This document shows, in pieces, positions 37,012 through 49,769 of a stretch of DNA of 64,000 bases. The DNA is taken from the NCBI GenBank assembly GCA_002633005.1, contig NMRA01000856.1, forward strand, positions 55,644 to 119,643, read 5' to 3'. Numbering within the stretch: the first letter of the stretch is position 1; each line of letters starts with the position of its first letter. A program made the position numbers and the translations under genes. Under the pieces are notes generated by a model. The model made no database searches, was not told the DNA's origin, and worked only from the letters and a program-made list of their open reading frames with translations. The DNA comes from Phoronis australis (lineage: Eukaryota; Animalia; Phoronida).

Positions 37012-39634
37012 AGTTGTTTTCTTTAATTCCGGACCTCATCATGATACATTCTTACCTTTGATAATGTTATGATTGATTTTGATTATCTAAAAACCTTTTT
37101 CTAGCTTGTTGTTATTCTTTATAATGTCAATCAGATTTGTCTTAATGGGATATTTTTACTCTTTTAGGGAGACGTTTAACATAATGTTATTCTACAGTTG
37201 TGTAATTGTTTTAGATTTAGATAAAATCTGCTCTCAGGGCCATCTTAAGGCATGGGCTCACTAGGCATGACTAGGGGTCCCATGAATCATGAGATCACAT
37301 GCATTTCCATGCAGTTGTGAAGTGATCAGTTGAACAATACAAATTTACAAGCCAAGTGAGGAGAATGGTCGCAAGGCATACATCTTTGAATGTGATTTTA
37401 TCTCAAACACTTTTTGTGTCTGGTTCTTGATTAAAATTTCGCAATTCTAGTGGCGAGTTTATGCTTTTAGTGACTGGGGATTTTTTTTTAAAACCACCAA
37501 TTCAGTTAAAATCTTTGCAGCATGTACAGTCTACATGCTGTTGATGTGAACTTTGCTATACTGTACTTCTAGAATGTCCCACAAAGTTTAGTCAACCAGG
37601 GAAGATTTAACAAGACAGGCATTTTGAAAGTTGTTTGTCCCTTATACACCGAAACACTTTTATCAACAAAAGTCTCTTTTTATCTAAAAATGCACTAAGA
37701 CTACAACCTAAAGGTTTGCCTACAGTATGTGTGAATACCAGGTGGTTTAACAGCTGGTGTGACAATAGAGCTATTTTACTGCATCTAACCTATTACTATT
37801 ACTAAGTATCAGCTGGAGATTTGATTTAATGATACTGTCAATCATTTTATTTTGTGATACTATACACCCCTTCATGTCAAAGTGGGCCACCATGATGGAA
37901 TCAATCGCCACTTTTTACCTATAGAGTACCTATAGAGTACTGCATACTGCGGCCAGGGGCCAGTAAGACGGCCTTGGTTGCTTTTGTATGCTTTTTAAAA
38001 TATCTAAATGGAAGTGTTCAATATATTGTAGCATTGCGAAAAAATCTAACGCACAAGTGTCATGATTGAAGGTGTGATTATGACTACCAACAAGCATAAT
38101 GTAACCCCTAGGTTGAATAATCAGAATAAAATTAGAGCAAACTTCATGACTTGTGTGCTTCTTGATTTCAAATGGCGAGAGATACATTACATTGATTATA
38201 ACTGTACCCGGGATTTCCGTAAATGGCCATTTTTCAGAAGTGATTAAAATGCGTCCATAATACGCCCCCCAGGGGGATCTTTCGGCAAAAGTTGTTGGGG
38301 CCCTGTCACAACTTGTGCCGCTGACCAGCCGAGTGGAAGTGCTGTAACTATTAACATGAGTGTGAATCCGAATCGCATAACATTTTTTATCAGTTCGCAG
38401 TAAGTTCTCGATAATTCAAAAGTGAATTGGGACAGTAATGTCTTGGCCAACTTTCCATGTACTTTGTCCCGTGTCAAACATGTAAAATCGGGGTCTTTTT
38501 GTCTGAAACAGTCTCATGGGGGCTTTGTGTTGGTGGGGCTCTTTCGGAAATCCCTCAGGAATGTAGCTGACCAGCTTCATTATCAGACAAATTTCCTTGC
38601 GATAGAGAGACTCGAGTTTTATCATAACGCACGGCAGAGAAAATGGTTGGTAACAGAAAATGGCGAGGTTTAGTAGAATTCAGATGACGCCTGTACATTC
38701 TCAAGTATTGGGCGCCTCGTGTAACGTGTTCTACTCTCCATGACGTTTCATGATTATTTTCTTCTTTGCATTTGCCAGAAGAATTCAAGTTTTGAAATAA
38801 CGATAACCAATACCTCAGTTTATCGTTTTTCATAGTTATAGCATGTCTGAGTAGAACTTGGCATAACCTGTGCCTCAGACTTGTTTTGACCTTGCTCATT
38901 TTGCCTCCCCAAAACAACCGCTATCTGTGTTGCTGATCAGCTTACCTAACACATTCGAAGCTGAACTGCTGGTATCATCCACAACCGTAACTTGTCTTAT
39001 AAGCATTAGCAGACCGTCTGTTGATTGTGGGTTGCTACTCTTTATAGGAGAGAGAGAACACAAACTTTATTTTTTAACTCATAAAAATATACATTGTTAT
39101 AAGTCTGGGTGGCTAGCAAATGCATGGGCCGCCAATAGCTGACCACCGAGTAACAATAAATTGAATAGATAATAACAATTAAGAAGAGCAATATACAGTT
39201 TAGATAAACAACAGAAAAAATACATGTACAGTGAAATAAAATACAATGCAAGCTTTTAATGACGTAAATTAAACATAAGTTACAAAGATTTTTACACAGA
39301 GCCTATTGATACATGGGAAACCGCACGGTTGGAAAAGCATATGTCTAAGATGTAAGACAGGTGATCACGGTTACTTCAGTTAGAACATGCATAACAATAT
39401 AAAACGATGCCAGCTGGTCATCGATTGCTTACTTCCAATTCATCTTGTAGTTAATGTATGATCCTGCTTATCACTTTGTCTAGAGTTGAAATTGGAATGC
39501 ACTTGCGACTGGAGTTGCATAGTTGTTTTAAACGGCATGTCGATCGTCATTGCAGATGATAATTTAAAACGGCTTCCATCGTGAAAACAACACCCCGCAA
39601 TTGTGTCACGTGACATTGGGGCTTCGACAGTTAA

Positions 39635-40601
39635 AGGGGAAGGCAACCTTATTTCGTGTCATTTTAGTAAAAATGTGGTTCGTTGATTATCCCGGACATG
39701 TGCCTCAGTTAATCACGGCTCTTCGTAATTTTATTAATTAGTCGTGCACTACTCCGGAAGTGATGTTTAGGGGGTTAAGAATTTCCCGCCATTTCGTTTC
39801 CAGTGCGTTCGAGTTACTGCGACTGAGGATCTGTTCTACTGTTGTTTTTGTGCTGGTCTCCAAAAATTGTCACCACTTCTCATCGACGAGTATTCTACGA
39901 CAAGATAGATTGGTAGAGAACTCAGTTGGATTTAGGAATCTTAGATTGTAGCAGCATTGGGTGGATATATGTTTGAGCCCAAGTATAGTAAGACAGAATA
40001 CAGACAGCTGTTTAGAAGGATGAGGCAGAAACTGGAGACAGACGTGGCGGGACGTCTTAGTGCAAATGCGGGGTGTGCATTGTTATGCCCACCTCAAAAA
40101 ATGAAATGCCTATGCTATTCTCACTGGTCGGTGACCTGAGCACCCAAACCACTTACATCCAGCCGTGGGACTCCCTCGCGACACATTTTGCACCTTCGAA
40201 ATAGCTCCGATACTTTAGTCAAGTCCACAATAAACTTCTTAAAGTTTGGCTCACCGGCCTGACCACTGGACGATGAACTGTCTTCCCCACTAGTTGTCGA
40301 ACTTGGCCTGTATTGACTGCCACTACTCAACATCGCTGCAGGGCTGCTTTTGCAACACCATCTCCCCGTTCAGTAAGGCTAGGACCTCGCTAAAACGCAA
40401 GACTTCTTGAGATTACGCGAGAAATTTCCGTGTATTTCAAATGAGAGCACGTGACTTTGGCCCCCTAAAAGTCACTTCCAGAGTAAGGCATGACTAATTA
40501 ACAAAATTACGGGAAGCCGTTATTAACCGAAACAAATGTCTGGGATAATCAACGAACCGTATTTTTACTAAAAATGACATTAAAAAAGTTCGCCTTCTCC
40601 T
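39635..40601. mobile_element. Internally deleted Kolobok-like DNA transposon
   Basis: TTAA on both flanks, AGG...CCT termini and long imperfect TIRs (~150 bp). The - strand has a transposase-like remnant (KFIVDLTKVSELFRRCKMC); the + strand has a GYMFEP...CKCGVCIVMPT..ECLC remnant. Confidence 0.8.
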
Positions 40602-40685
40602 TTAATACCTTGCCACGGCGTCTCATTTTACGCGATAAGCATGATAATCCAAGGTAATAACGAACTATTAGTTCCTTGTAAATCC

Positions 40686-43249
40686 CCCATTGAGAATACG
40701 AAAGAGTACACTGGATTTTCAGATGGGACAGGAATTGAAACTCAATTGAGGTTCAATTGAGATTCAATTGAAATTCAATTGAAGTTTTTCCCATGTAAAT
40801 GATTTGATTCCATTCATTAGCATATTCAGTAGCCATTCAATAGGAATTCAACAGCCATTCAATTCTCCAAGCAGTACACGATCATCCCATATTCAATAAC
40901 CATTCAATAGCCGTTCAATAGCCATTCAATAGCCGTTCAATGGCCATTCAGTTTTTCTAACTGTACAGAATAATTTGAATTTCAAGAATTTTCCGCAAAA
41001 AATAACTTTCAAAAAATAGGAAGTATTGTTGTTAACATCGTCAAAAGATGAGAGTAGTTCACAACTCTTCATTCAACAACCTCGCATGCACGAATAAAAT
41101 CAAATCATAGACAACTGAACATTTCGAAACCTTAAATCGAAACTTGCACAAGTATTACAATTATTATACAGCATCAAACAAAGAAATACAAAAACAGAGC
41201 CTTAGGCGTTTGAAAAGTAGCAGCCTTTGCAAACATTTTGAAGAATCTCTTTAATGCTGACTACTACAGATTGTTTTGATTTTTCAACATTTGTATGCTG
41301 AGCCTCGTACATGAAATAATCATATGACACTATGAACTTAGTTGAACACATCCATACGTTGAAGGGTAAATGAGTATTTTATATCCATTTAGCTAAATAA
41401 ATGTAGGCGATAAGATAAAAAATAATAATTTCAGGCATACAAAGCTATAGCAGCAAAATATTAGTTGTCTGAAAAGCACGGTCCACATGTGATACCAAAT
41501 CTTTAAATGTCGGCATTGTACAACCTTTCATGGTCTCTGCAGAACTCTGGAGTCCGCACTTTTCAGAGCACTGAGACTTGATATAATCCATTAATTTCAG
41601 GTATCTGTCCACAGCAGGAGTTTATGACCGGCACTGTGCTGGTGGGAGTGGGCATTAGATCCCAAGAATAGTCTTTTCACTTTATCATGCATGTTTTCAA
41701 AGTCTTCTTCTATACTAAAAAGTTGAGAAATATCCAGTTAGAGGGTATCAAGTAAAGTAAGTAAATTTGAATTTTGAATTGGAGCTTGTCGCTCAGGAAA
41801 TACACGAATGATTTCTTAGTTAATTAACCAGAGTCTTTGGAAAATTCAATACTTTTGACTCAGAGCATTAATAAGGGTGTTATCTGCTACACTAATGAAA
41901 ACTCCAGAAATAGGAAAACTACGTAACCATAAAACTTGTTTGAAGTCTATTCATTGAAGGAAAATAATGAGTACAAAGCATGGGTATCAGTGACAATTGC
42001 ATTGTAACTTTTTCATAACATCATATTTAAACCTACATCTCTGAACACCATGTTTCATTGTAAATGCAATTTAAATTTTTACATTAGTTGGCTAGTGGGA
42101 ATATCATCCAGCACCAACATACATTTATCAAAGGCTTCAAACTCATAACCTCTGCAGTACTGTGACGGTTTGAATGGCTTTCACGAAGTAGCTTATGTCA
42201 CTCAATAGGACCTTAACTCATAAGCCAAAGTGAGTACTATTTCACTTCCCTATTTGTACTGTTTGTGATAGCCAAATATCTCTAGCATCTCATTAACTCA
42301 TAGCTGAAATTTGGTTTTTAGTCCTATGAGCAGAACAGTTTAACCAGCATGGTTATCAGAACATACTGCAGAGACACTTTGGATAGGACTGGCGGCGATG
42401 GCAAACCTCTAATTTCAATTCATCTCTTACTTTGTGCCTAACTCAATTATTAGCTTCAGTTCATGTAACCAAAAGAAAAATTTACTTCTCTCAATCAAAC
42501 AGTTGCTCTGATGTGAGAATTTTAACACAGAATCATAAAAATGTGTTTCTAAGTTTCAAGTAATTAAAGTAAATAAAATATGTAGGCTTTGGTCTGTAAC
42601 CCAAGTCATTTTGAAATCTGTGCTCTACAACTTAACTTCCATAACATTGATCAATTGAATCAGTTAAAAGAACTTCCGTTTTGTTTGCAAGACTAAACAT
42701 AAATGTCACTTAACAATCAAGCTGACAAAAATGCAACGTTGAAATCAAAAACTCCCCATTTAATCTATGCAGTTCTTCACTATCCATGCACAGTTTATGC
42801 TGAAAGGGTTTGAAATTCCTAAAGGTCACTTTCCAGGAATGTAAGCATGACAACCAATTGGTAACTCATGTTTAAAATAAACATTGCTGGTAACTTGTTG
42901 ATAAATCAACCATCCAGAAATTCCCTAAGTTTTGAAATTCAATAGCCATTCAATTCCACGACATCCTGAAATTTTCTAAGTCCTCAAGTTCAATAACTAT
43001 TCAATTCTGAACTGCCAAAGTCTTGGAATTCAATAGCTATTCAATACAGAACAGCTAAAAATTTTGTAAGTGCAGAAATTCAATTGCCATTCAATAGCCG
43101 TTCAATAGCCATTCGATTGACAGCATAATCAGGTTCAAGGGCAGTGCCAATTGAATTTTCATTCAGTAGACATATTCAATAGAAATTCAATTTTCTATTG
43201 AATTTCAATTGAATCTTAATTGAAACTAAACTTTTCCTTTTCGTATGGG
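40686..43249. mobile_element. Non-autonomous CACTA/CMC-like element with subterminal (agcc)attcaat repeats
   Basis: Ends cccat..atacgaaa / tttcgtatggg; arrays of attcaat/attgaa repeats at 40735-40950 and 42935-43225. Superfamily is tentative. Confidence 0.5.
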
Positions 43250-43569
43250 AGGTGTTCTTATTTGAGTAGCGAACAAGTTCAGCTGAGACTATAGCGGCAA
43301 ATGATCTAAATCAAAAGTTAACTTCTTGGATGATACTTGCAGGTTTATGCCCGCTTTAAATCGTTTCTCCACCCGCATAAAATGGCGCCACAATTTTATT
43401 TAGCAAATGCTACGGACCACCTGATGATACCATGTTAGAATCACGCCAGTTTTACCAAAAATAACACTACCAACAAATTTCCTCCAAAGTTCGTGTACAC
43501 TAATCGTCAACACTTTACCAGGCAAGCCATCTGTTTCTGTCGGTCCTCAAACAGTGGGACATTATTTAA

Positions 43570-43830
43570 CAATTCATATCTCTCACATTTTGCTTAAGGC
43601 GATGCCAAAAAACCTAAGTACGTTACCACTAAAATGTGCACTCCTCTGTCCTAGGTACATTTAGAAATGACTTACATTCCATAAACTTCGACCATCTTTT
43701 AAACTGTGGTAACTATTGTGACCCAAACCATAATTATAATACCTTTATTAATGTCTTATCTTCATTACGAGATAAATACTTTCCAAATAAAACTGTTAAC
43801 TTCAAAAATATAAACACAAAACAAATGAAA
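43570..43830 (+). mobile_element. LINE ORF2 fragment (endonuclease-RT linker)
   Basis: FRNDLHSINFDHLL...DPNHNYNTFINVLSSLRDKYFPNKTV is typical of CR1/L2-type linkers. Confidence 0.55.
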
Positions 43831-45077
43831 AATACAGTTATATAACATACTTTAGTCTTTATACCAGCTGTTCTTGAACACTGTCCCTTTAGCCTGAAGG
43901 AATGGTTTGACCTCTCTCCATTGTAGTGCACACTGTTATGAATCGCCACACACAAGCAGGGGGTAGAAACAGGTAGGCCTTATTCTTTTCTTCATGAATC
44001 TTCTTCTTGACCTTTTCTTCTTATTTCCGTCTACACGGGATGTCAATTTAGCTATCCCCCGTCCTCGCGGGAAGATTTCTATTTACTGCCCCCCGTCCTT
44101 GCTGGAAGATATACTGTCCCCCGTCCTCGCGGGAAGATTTCGATTTACTGTAATGTTTTGCGTTGGACAGACAAAATCAAAGTCCGAGTTTGACGGGACG
44201 ATTGTATTTACAAATTTCACTTGGAACCTCAGTGAAAACTTTGAATCATTGTGAGAACCGTGAGAGAACCGTAAATCTACGAAAATACACAAAATACTCT
44301 AAATACAAGACAATGTTATATAAATTCGAATCTAAATTAAACTGTTTACAATAGTCACTCTAAGAAATTAGTTAAAATTACTCAAATCTAACTAAATCGG
44401 TATATTTTTTACCAAACTAACATTTATACTAAAACATATATCCTAGAATATTTCATAGCTCATAAACTCAAATGAGACTTACAGAAATTGCTCCTTTTGA
44501 TCTTATCCACGCATGAACATCCAATTCTTGTTTTGTGTATCAGTATGATCCTTGTCAGTGACTGAATACACTCCTTCAAACTCTACAGACTCAGTGATCT
44601 GCCTAAAATACTTGATTCTCTAAAGTTATTGAGCTTCCTCGTCTCCTAACTTTTTCTTTTGAGAATGACGCTTATTTTTGCTCCAAATGAGAAATATTCA
44701 TACTCTAAGATGGGACTAAACATCACATGGACACTGGTCAAGGCGTAGGTACATCGGTGTGGGTGTTTCTTAGAATCAGCCCACCTAAAGTTGACCACTC
44801 CAAAACATGTTTTGATGATCATATCCTGTTTGTCAGAACTACATTGAGAAATTAGCAGAACTAAAGCTTTTCTGAAGAATTTGTGCATTACTCAAGTTTA
44901 CCACAACAAGTTGTTTACAATAACAAGTCCTGTACTTGTGACTTTCAAAATAATTAACTGATATTAATTGACACATTTGTTCATAAATTTAATTATCGAT
45001 TTATAATAAATCGTTACATAATTTTAACATTTTTCATCGAAAATGTTACTGTAATGTTCCGTTCCACAAAAACACCA

Positions 45078-46700
45078 TACCGTCAGAGGTCCTAAAGTCG
45101 TGATCGCCCTAAAGTCGTGAACGATCTTATTTCCATTTCTGCACGGTCCCGCGACATCTAGCGTTGACGTTTCCAGCGTTCGTCTGCTTACCAGCGCCAA
45201 ACGAATACCCGGACGTGTTGATATTCACAATATGATAATAAAGAGTGATTGGGTGGCTTCTTTTTTCACAATGTATCTTAAAACAGCATATTTCACTAAT
45301 CCACTTTTTTGTGCATTTTCAGAATACCGTCAGATGTCCTAAAGTCGTGAGTGCTCTAAAGTCGTGAACGATCTTATTTCCTCTTATGCGCGGACCTGCG
45401 ACATCTCGCGTTGAAGTTTCCAGCGTTCGTCTGCATACGAACGTCAAACGAATACCCGGACGTGTTCTTATTCACAATATGATAACAAACAGTGAGTGAG
45501 TGGCTTCTTTTTTCAAATGTATCTTAAAAACAGCATATTTCACTAATTCACTTTTTTGTGCATTTTTTGGGATATATTTTCGAAAATATTTATCGTTCAG
45601 ATTAACGCAAACACGCGGTCCAGGGGTAGCTTGAACAATGTATCAAAATGTCCCAGGTTTGATCAAGTTTTGTAAGGCCAAAGCAATAAAATACAGAGCG
45701 ATAATTGATGCTGGGTTCTTAGCGTTTTACGTGAACAAACCTCATTGAAAACGTCTGGGGCAAAACATATAACAATTTATTTCAATTGAAACTGAATTAA
45801 TAAACAATGCAATGCATTTTTAATGTCATCTAGAGTAAGTGTAAGCTCTGTAGTTGACTTGTGTGGTCATACTTGGTGCATTTCCGTCTAACGTACGAAA
45901 CGTTCACGACTTTAGGGCCTCATTCAAAATGGCCGGCGATATCAGCGACCGTTTTAAAACTCTGCTAACGGATACAAACAAGGATTAAGATTGTCAAAAC
46001 ACGTATATTAGTGAAGGCTGATATATGCCCATGACATCACATGGAGCAGTTGCTAACAGACATTGAGTAGTATGACAATCAGCTGCTTATTGTGCTTATA
46101 TTCACGACTTTAGGTCACCGGTGTGTATATTTTCGAAACTAAACATCGTTCAGATTTACTCAAACACGCGCTCCAGGGGTAGCTTGAACAATGTATCAAA
46201 ATGTCCCAGGGTCGATCAAGTTTTGTGAGGCCAAAACAATACAGTTACTCTAGACGACATAAAAATGCATTGCATTGTTTATTAATTCAGTTTCAATTGA
46301 AATAAATTGTTATATGTTTTGCCCCAGACGTTTTCAATGAGGTTGTTCACGTAAAACGCTAAGAACCCAGCATCAATTATCGCTCTGTATTTTATTGCTT
46401 TGGCCTTACAAAACTTGATCAACCCTGGGACATTTTGATACATTGTTCAAGCTACCCCTGGACCGCGTGTTTGCGTTAATCTGAACGATAAATATTTTCG
46501 AAAATATATCCCAAAAAATGCACAAAAAAGTGAATTAGTGAAATATGCTGTTTTTAAGATACATTTGAAAAAAGAAGCCACTCACTCACTGTTTGTTATC
46601 ATATTGTGAATAAGAACACGTCCGGGTATTCGTTTGACGTTCGTAAGCAGACGAACGCTGGAAACTTCAACGCGAGATGTCGCAGGTCCGCGCATAAGAG
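45078..46700. repeat. Rearranged MITE-derived block with a ~455-bp near-perfect inverted repeat (45381..45838 / 46244..46700)
   Basis: taccgtcaga..cctaaagtcgtga ends at 45078 and 45325; inverted ttcacgactttagg at ~45903 and ~46101; the arms are reverse complements. Confidence 0.85.
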
Positions 46701-47392
46701 CTGGCTACAGAACTTTACTACTTTCGTCAACGTCTCAGCTGCAACAGCGGTACGAATGACTTCTTCCGACCAATCTGTCACCCTAAATAACTACACGATC
46801 TATAAAAAGTGACGGAATGCAAACCTAATTTTTATATTTTTGGAACTAGTTCACTCCAATTGAAACGAATGCTACATCAAATTTGAATAATGACTTTCGG
46901 CGATAAAACATCCACCATTGTCAAGCTTTATTCAGAGAATGGATGCCAGGATGGCTACAGGTACATTGTACAGAGAATGGATGACAGGATGGCTACAGGT
47001 GCAATGCACAGAGAAGTCCAAAACGCACGAAAATACCAAAGCAGGATTGGCTGGCAATCGGCGAATCACAGCTCAGCAACAGTGTCAACGACTCATGGGA
47101 AACCTGTGCACTGAGTGAAGACCTTTCTGTAGAACGAATTAGAATGGCTTCACGCAGTTTCAAGCGATAGCGATTAGTATCGCTGTCAGTGATCGTAAAA
47201 CTGTTTTCCCAGCGGCCTGTCTACAAGCAATGAATTCTTATGACTGACTAATTTAAGAGACGTGACGTCATACTCTCCGAACATTTTAATTCACCTGATT
47301 TTCTATTCCAGCGACACTACACTTCGCCAATATCATGGCATGTCTACCTGCAGAAAATGCAGCAACTTCACGAGTTGTACTTTCCACACGTA

Positions 47393-48088
47393 CTACGGAT
47401 TAACCATATACATAGAGAACTGCAAGTTGCCGTCCGGTATAAACTGGTCTAGGCATGCGTGATGGCCTGGTTCCGGGCATTTTGGGAATGATTGTTGTGG
47501 AAATGTGTAAGAACCTCCTTGTTTTGGATGAGGCACGTGTCTATAAACCTCTGACCGATACAAATTCCTAATATTAAGACTCGGACTGGGTGGTGCCTGT
47601 ATCCATGTTTTCCCAAACAACACACGAGTAGTGTTGTATCCTGTACGTTTCATATAGTTAAGGGACGAAAGCATGGGCTTAGGAGTGAAGTCTGTGTCCC
47701 AGTTGTTTGACTTCATTTGTCTTTCATTTCCATTGTGAGTCGTCGGAAGGAGCACACACCCCAAAGGTCGTAAATATGGATTCCATTTGTCCGTGTCCGA
47801 TTGATTTCCTTTGTAATAGTGAGCATCAGTGTCAATATCCCACGGCATCACCCAATTCAACTTCAGTGTTCCAAGAAGGCTGCCACAGACAATCTCTATT
47901 GCAACATTTCGTTCATTCGCAAGTTGTGCAGCTTTCTCTAGGCATTGTGACATCGTTTTTAGACAACAGGGAGCTTCTGCCATTCCTTTTCGGCTCAAAG
48001 GACACTTGATGGACAGCTCCTTGCATTCAAATTCAACGATTCCTGAAAAACCGGAAATCTTTGTGATGCCATAACTTAGAGCTAAAGG
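47393..48088 (-). CDS. FKRP-like protein, C-terminal LicD domain frame
   Basis: PCCL motif, CGSLLGTLK, VMPWDIDTD, C-terminal CPEPGHHACLD. The frame is open 90 nt upstream of the tracked ORF start at 47998. Confidence 0.8.
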   Translation of the reverse strand, partial: PLALSYGITKISGFSGIVEFECKELSIKCPLSRKGMAEAPCCLKTMSQCLEKAAQLANERNVAIEIVCGSLLGTLKLNWVMPWDIDTDAHYYKGNQSDTDKWNPYLRPLGCVLLPTTHNGNERQMKSNNWDTDFTPKPMLSSLNYMKRTGYNTTRVLFGKTWIQAPPSPSLNIRNLYRSEVYRHVPHPKQGGSYTFPQQSFPKCPEPGHHACLDQFIPDGNLQFSMYMVNP

Positions 48089-49125
48089 TCAACATGAAAC
48101 ATGGTGTCCGGACACACCATTCCTACAACACCCTCCTTTTTAATCTTAAAGAACATTCTGTGGAACAAAAAGTCGTCGTCTTCCTTCAGATCTCTCAAAA
48201 GATCTTTCAAAAAATCAGTCCGTCCTAAAAACGAGCCCGCCATATATTCACAATACATGCACGAATCCTTAGAGATATGATAACCATGAATATATCTTAG
48301 TTCGTAAAGTTTCATGTAGACCTGATAGCAGTTGTTCCACCAGTGTCCATTAAATCCTACACTCGACCCACCCACTATGGGGACGTCGTGACGGAAAGCT
48401 ACGTCTACAAGTCTTTCAATCCTTGTGTAATTTGTGAACCTAAACACATCCTTTAACACAACGGCATACTTTGTATTAACTTGCGATACCAATTTTTTCC
48501 ACATTATTGCACTGTTGTTGAATTCTCCTCTTACAACATGTATATTTGGATCTTTTTTGTTCAGCGCATATTTGGTAGTGACCAACAGTTTTAGCTTGGG
48601 GTAATATTTTCGGATTTGATTGATTAAGTCCTCCACATTTTGGTTTGAATAGTGAACTCCGTTCAATAACAAGGTTACAACATCTTCCAAAGGATGAGCA
48701 TTTAAACACTTGTCAAATTCCCAGCCCTCTTCATCCAGGAATAATGGGAAGCCATCTCGCCCACCGAGAGAACGATCAGACGTTGTGCGACCATTGTACA
48801 CTTCAGGACAGACATCTAAAATGCCAGTTTGATTCTGCATTTTTTCGACCACCTTTTCTATCTCAGAGTTCACCAAACCTTGTATTTTCAAAAGTATTTC
48901 ATGGAGTCTCTCCCTGGTTTCCGTAATGTCGTTGGCAGTTCTGTGAGCCTTAGCTACCATTGCTGCAATTTCAATGAGATCTGACACCTGAACACGCGTT
49001 CCCATTTCCCCACTTGTATCCACTATCTTAAAGTACCTGTTCAAAACCAAAACCATTAATAAGGTAGCTGTTATAACTATAGTGGGTCTAACCCTTCGTG
49101 GCAGTGTGAACCTCGTTTTCCACAT
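48082..49125 (-). CDS. FKRP-like protein, N-terminal ORF (TM + stem domain, 347 aa)
   Basis: Longest ORF in the window; signal-anchor followed by a glycosyltransferase-like stem. Confidence 0.8.
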   Translation of the reverse strand: MWKTRFTLPRRVRPTIVITATLLMVLVLNRYFKIVDTSGEMGTRVQVSDLIEIAAMVAKAHRTANDITETRERLHEILLKIQGLVNSEIEKVVEKMQNQTGILDVCPEVYNGRTTSDRSLGGRDGFPLFLDEEGWEFDKCLNAHPLEDVVTLLLNGVHYSNQNVEDLINQIRKYYPKLKLLVTTKYALNKKDPNIHVVRGEFNNSAIMWKKLVSQVNTKYAVVLKDVFRFTNYTRIERLVDVAFRHDVPIVGGSSVGFNGHWWNNCYQVYMKLYELRYIHGYHISKDSCMYCEYMAGSFLGRTDFLKDLLRDLKEDDDFLFHRMFFKIKKEGVVGMVCPDTMFHVDL

Positions 49126-49769
49126 TTTCTCTCAGTGGTCCTATCTGAAAAGTAAAAAATAGTACTGCCAATCAAACTCAGAACAAAAAATAAAATGATG
49201 GCATTAATGCAAAGCAAAGTCTCATAGTTGGTCTTGATAGCAGATCAGTTGCAATGCATTGTGGGATACTATGCAGTGATTGTCCACATTGCCTTTTCAC
49301 TGTAATTCCACACTAAAATTGCTTTTACTTTTCACAGAAAACGATTTAACGCTGAAATGAAAATGTTTCTGAATGTATTTTTTGCTTGATAAAGATTTCA
49401 TTTGAGATTTTTATGTTATTTGGAATCATTTTGTGTCATTTTGTTAATATTTGTAAAAAATTTGAAGAAATTAAATGAAAAGAAAATTAATATAAAACAT
49501 TGAAGAGGCTTTAAAACTAAATTAAAATTGAATTGCACATGAAAAAAATCATTCTGAACTAATTCAAATAACATAAACAGAAATGAAATATAAACAATGT
49601 GTAAAATTTCCATGGAAACGATGGGCCACCACACAGCTACACAACCAACTCGCTTGCAACTGCTTACTATAAAACCTGCCCAATTGAAACAACTCGGGTA
49701 TTTTTGCCGTGAGCCCCACATCATGCCTCGGAATGTTTCATATCTGTGCAACTACAAACTCCCATTATA

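Larger units (their letters stand above)
47393..49125 (-). pseudogene. FKRP-like / LicD-family nucleotidyltransferase-fold type II membrane protein, split by a frameshift at ~48088 (pseudogene, null allele or assembly error)
   Basis: ORF 48082..49125 has an N-terminal TM (TIVITATLLMVLVL) and a GT2-like stem (VSQVNTKYAVVLKD, CPDTMFH). A second frame is open from 48088 (PLALSYGITKI...APCCLK...GSLLGTLK...PWDIDTD), with the LicD GxxLG and DxD motifs. Splice acceptor ttttacttttcag lies 19 nt upstream of the ATG (exon starts at 49144). Confidence 0.85.

Noticed and set aside
38244-39142. Cluster of overlapping 70-120 aa ORFs after the PLB1-like gene
   Set aside because: No recognisable domain or consistent splice structure.
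43860-44890. Coding-like purine-rich - strand stretches
   Set aside because: Stops in all frames and no recognisable homology.
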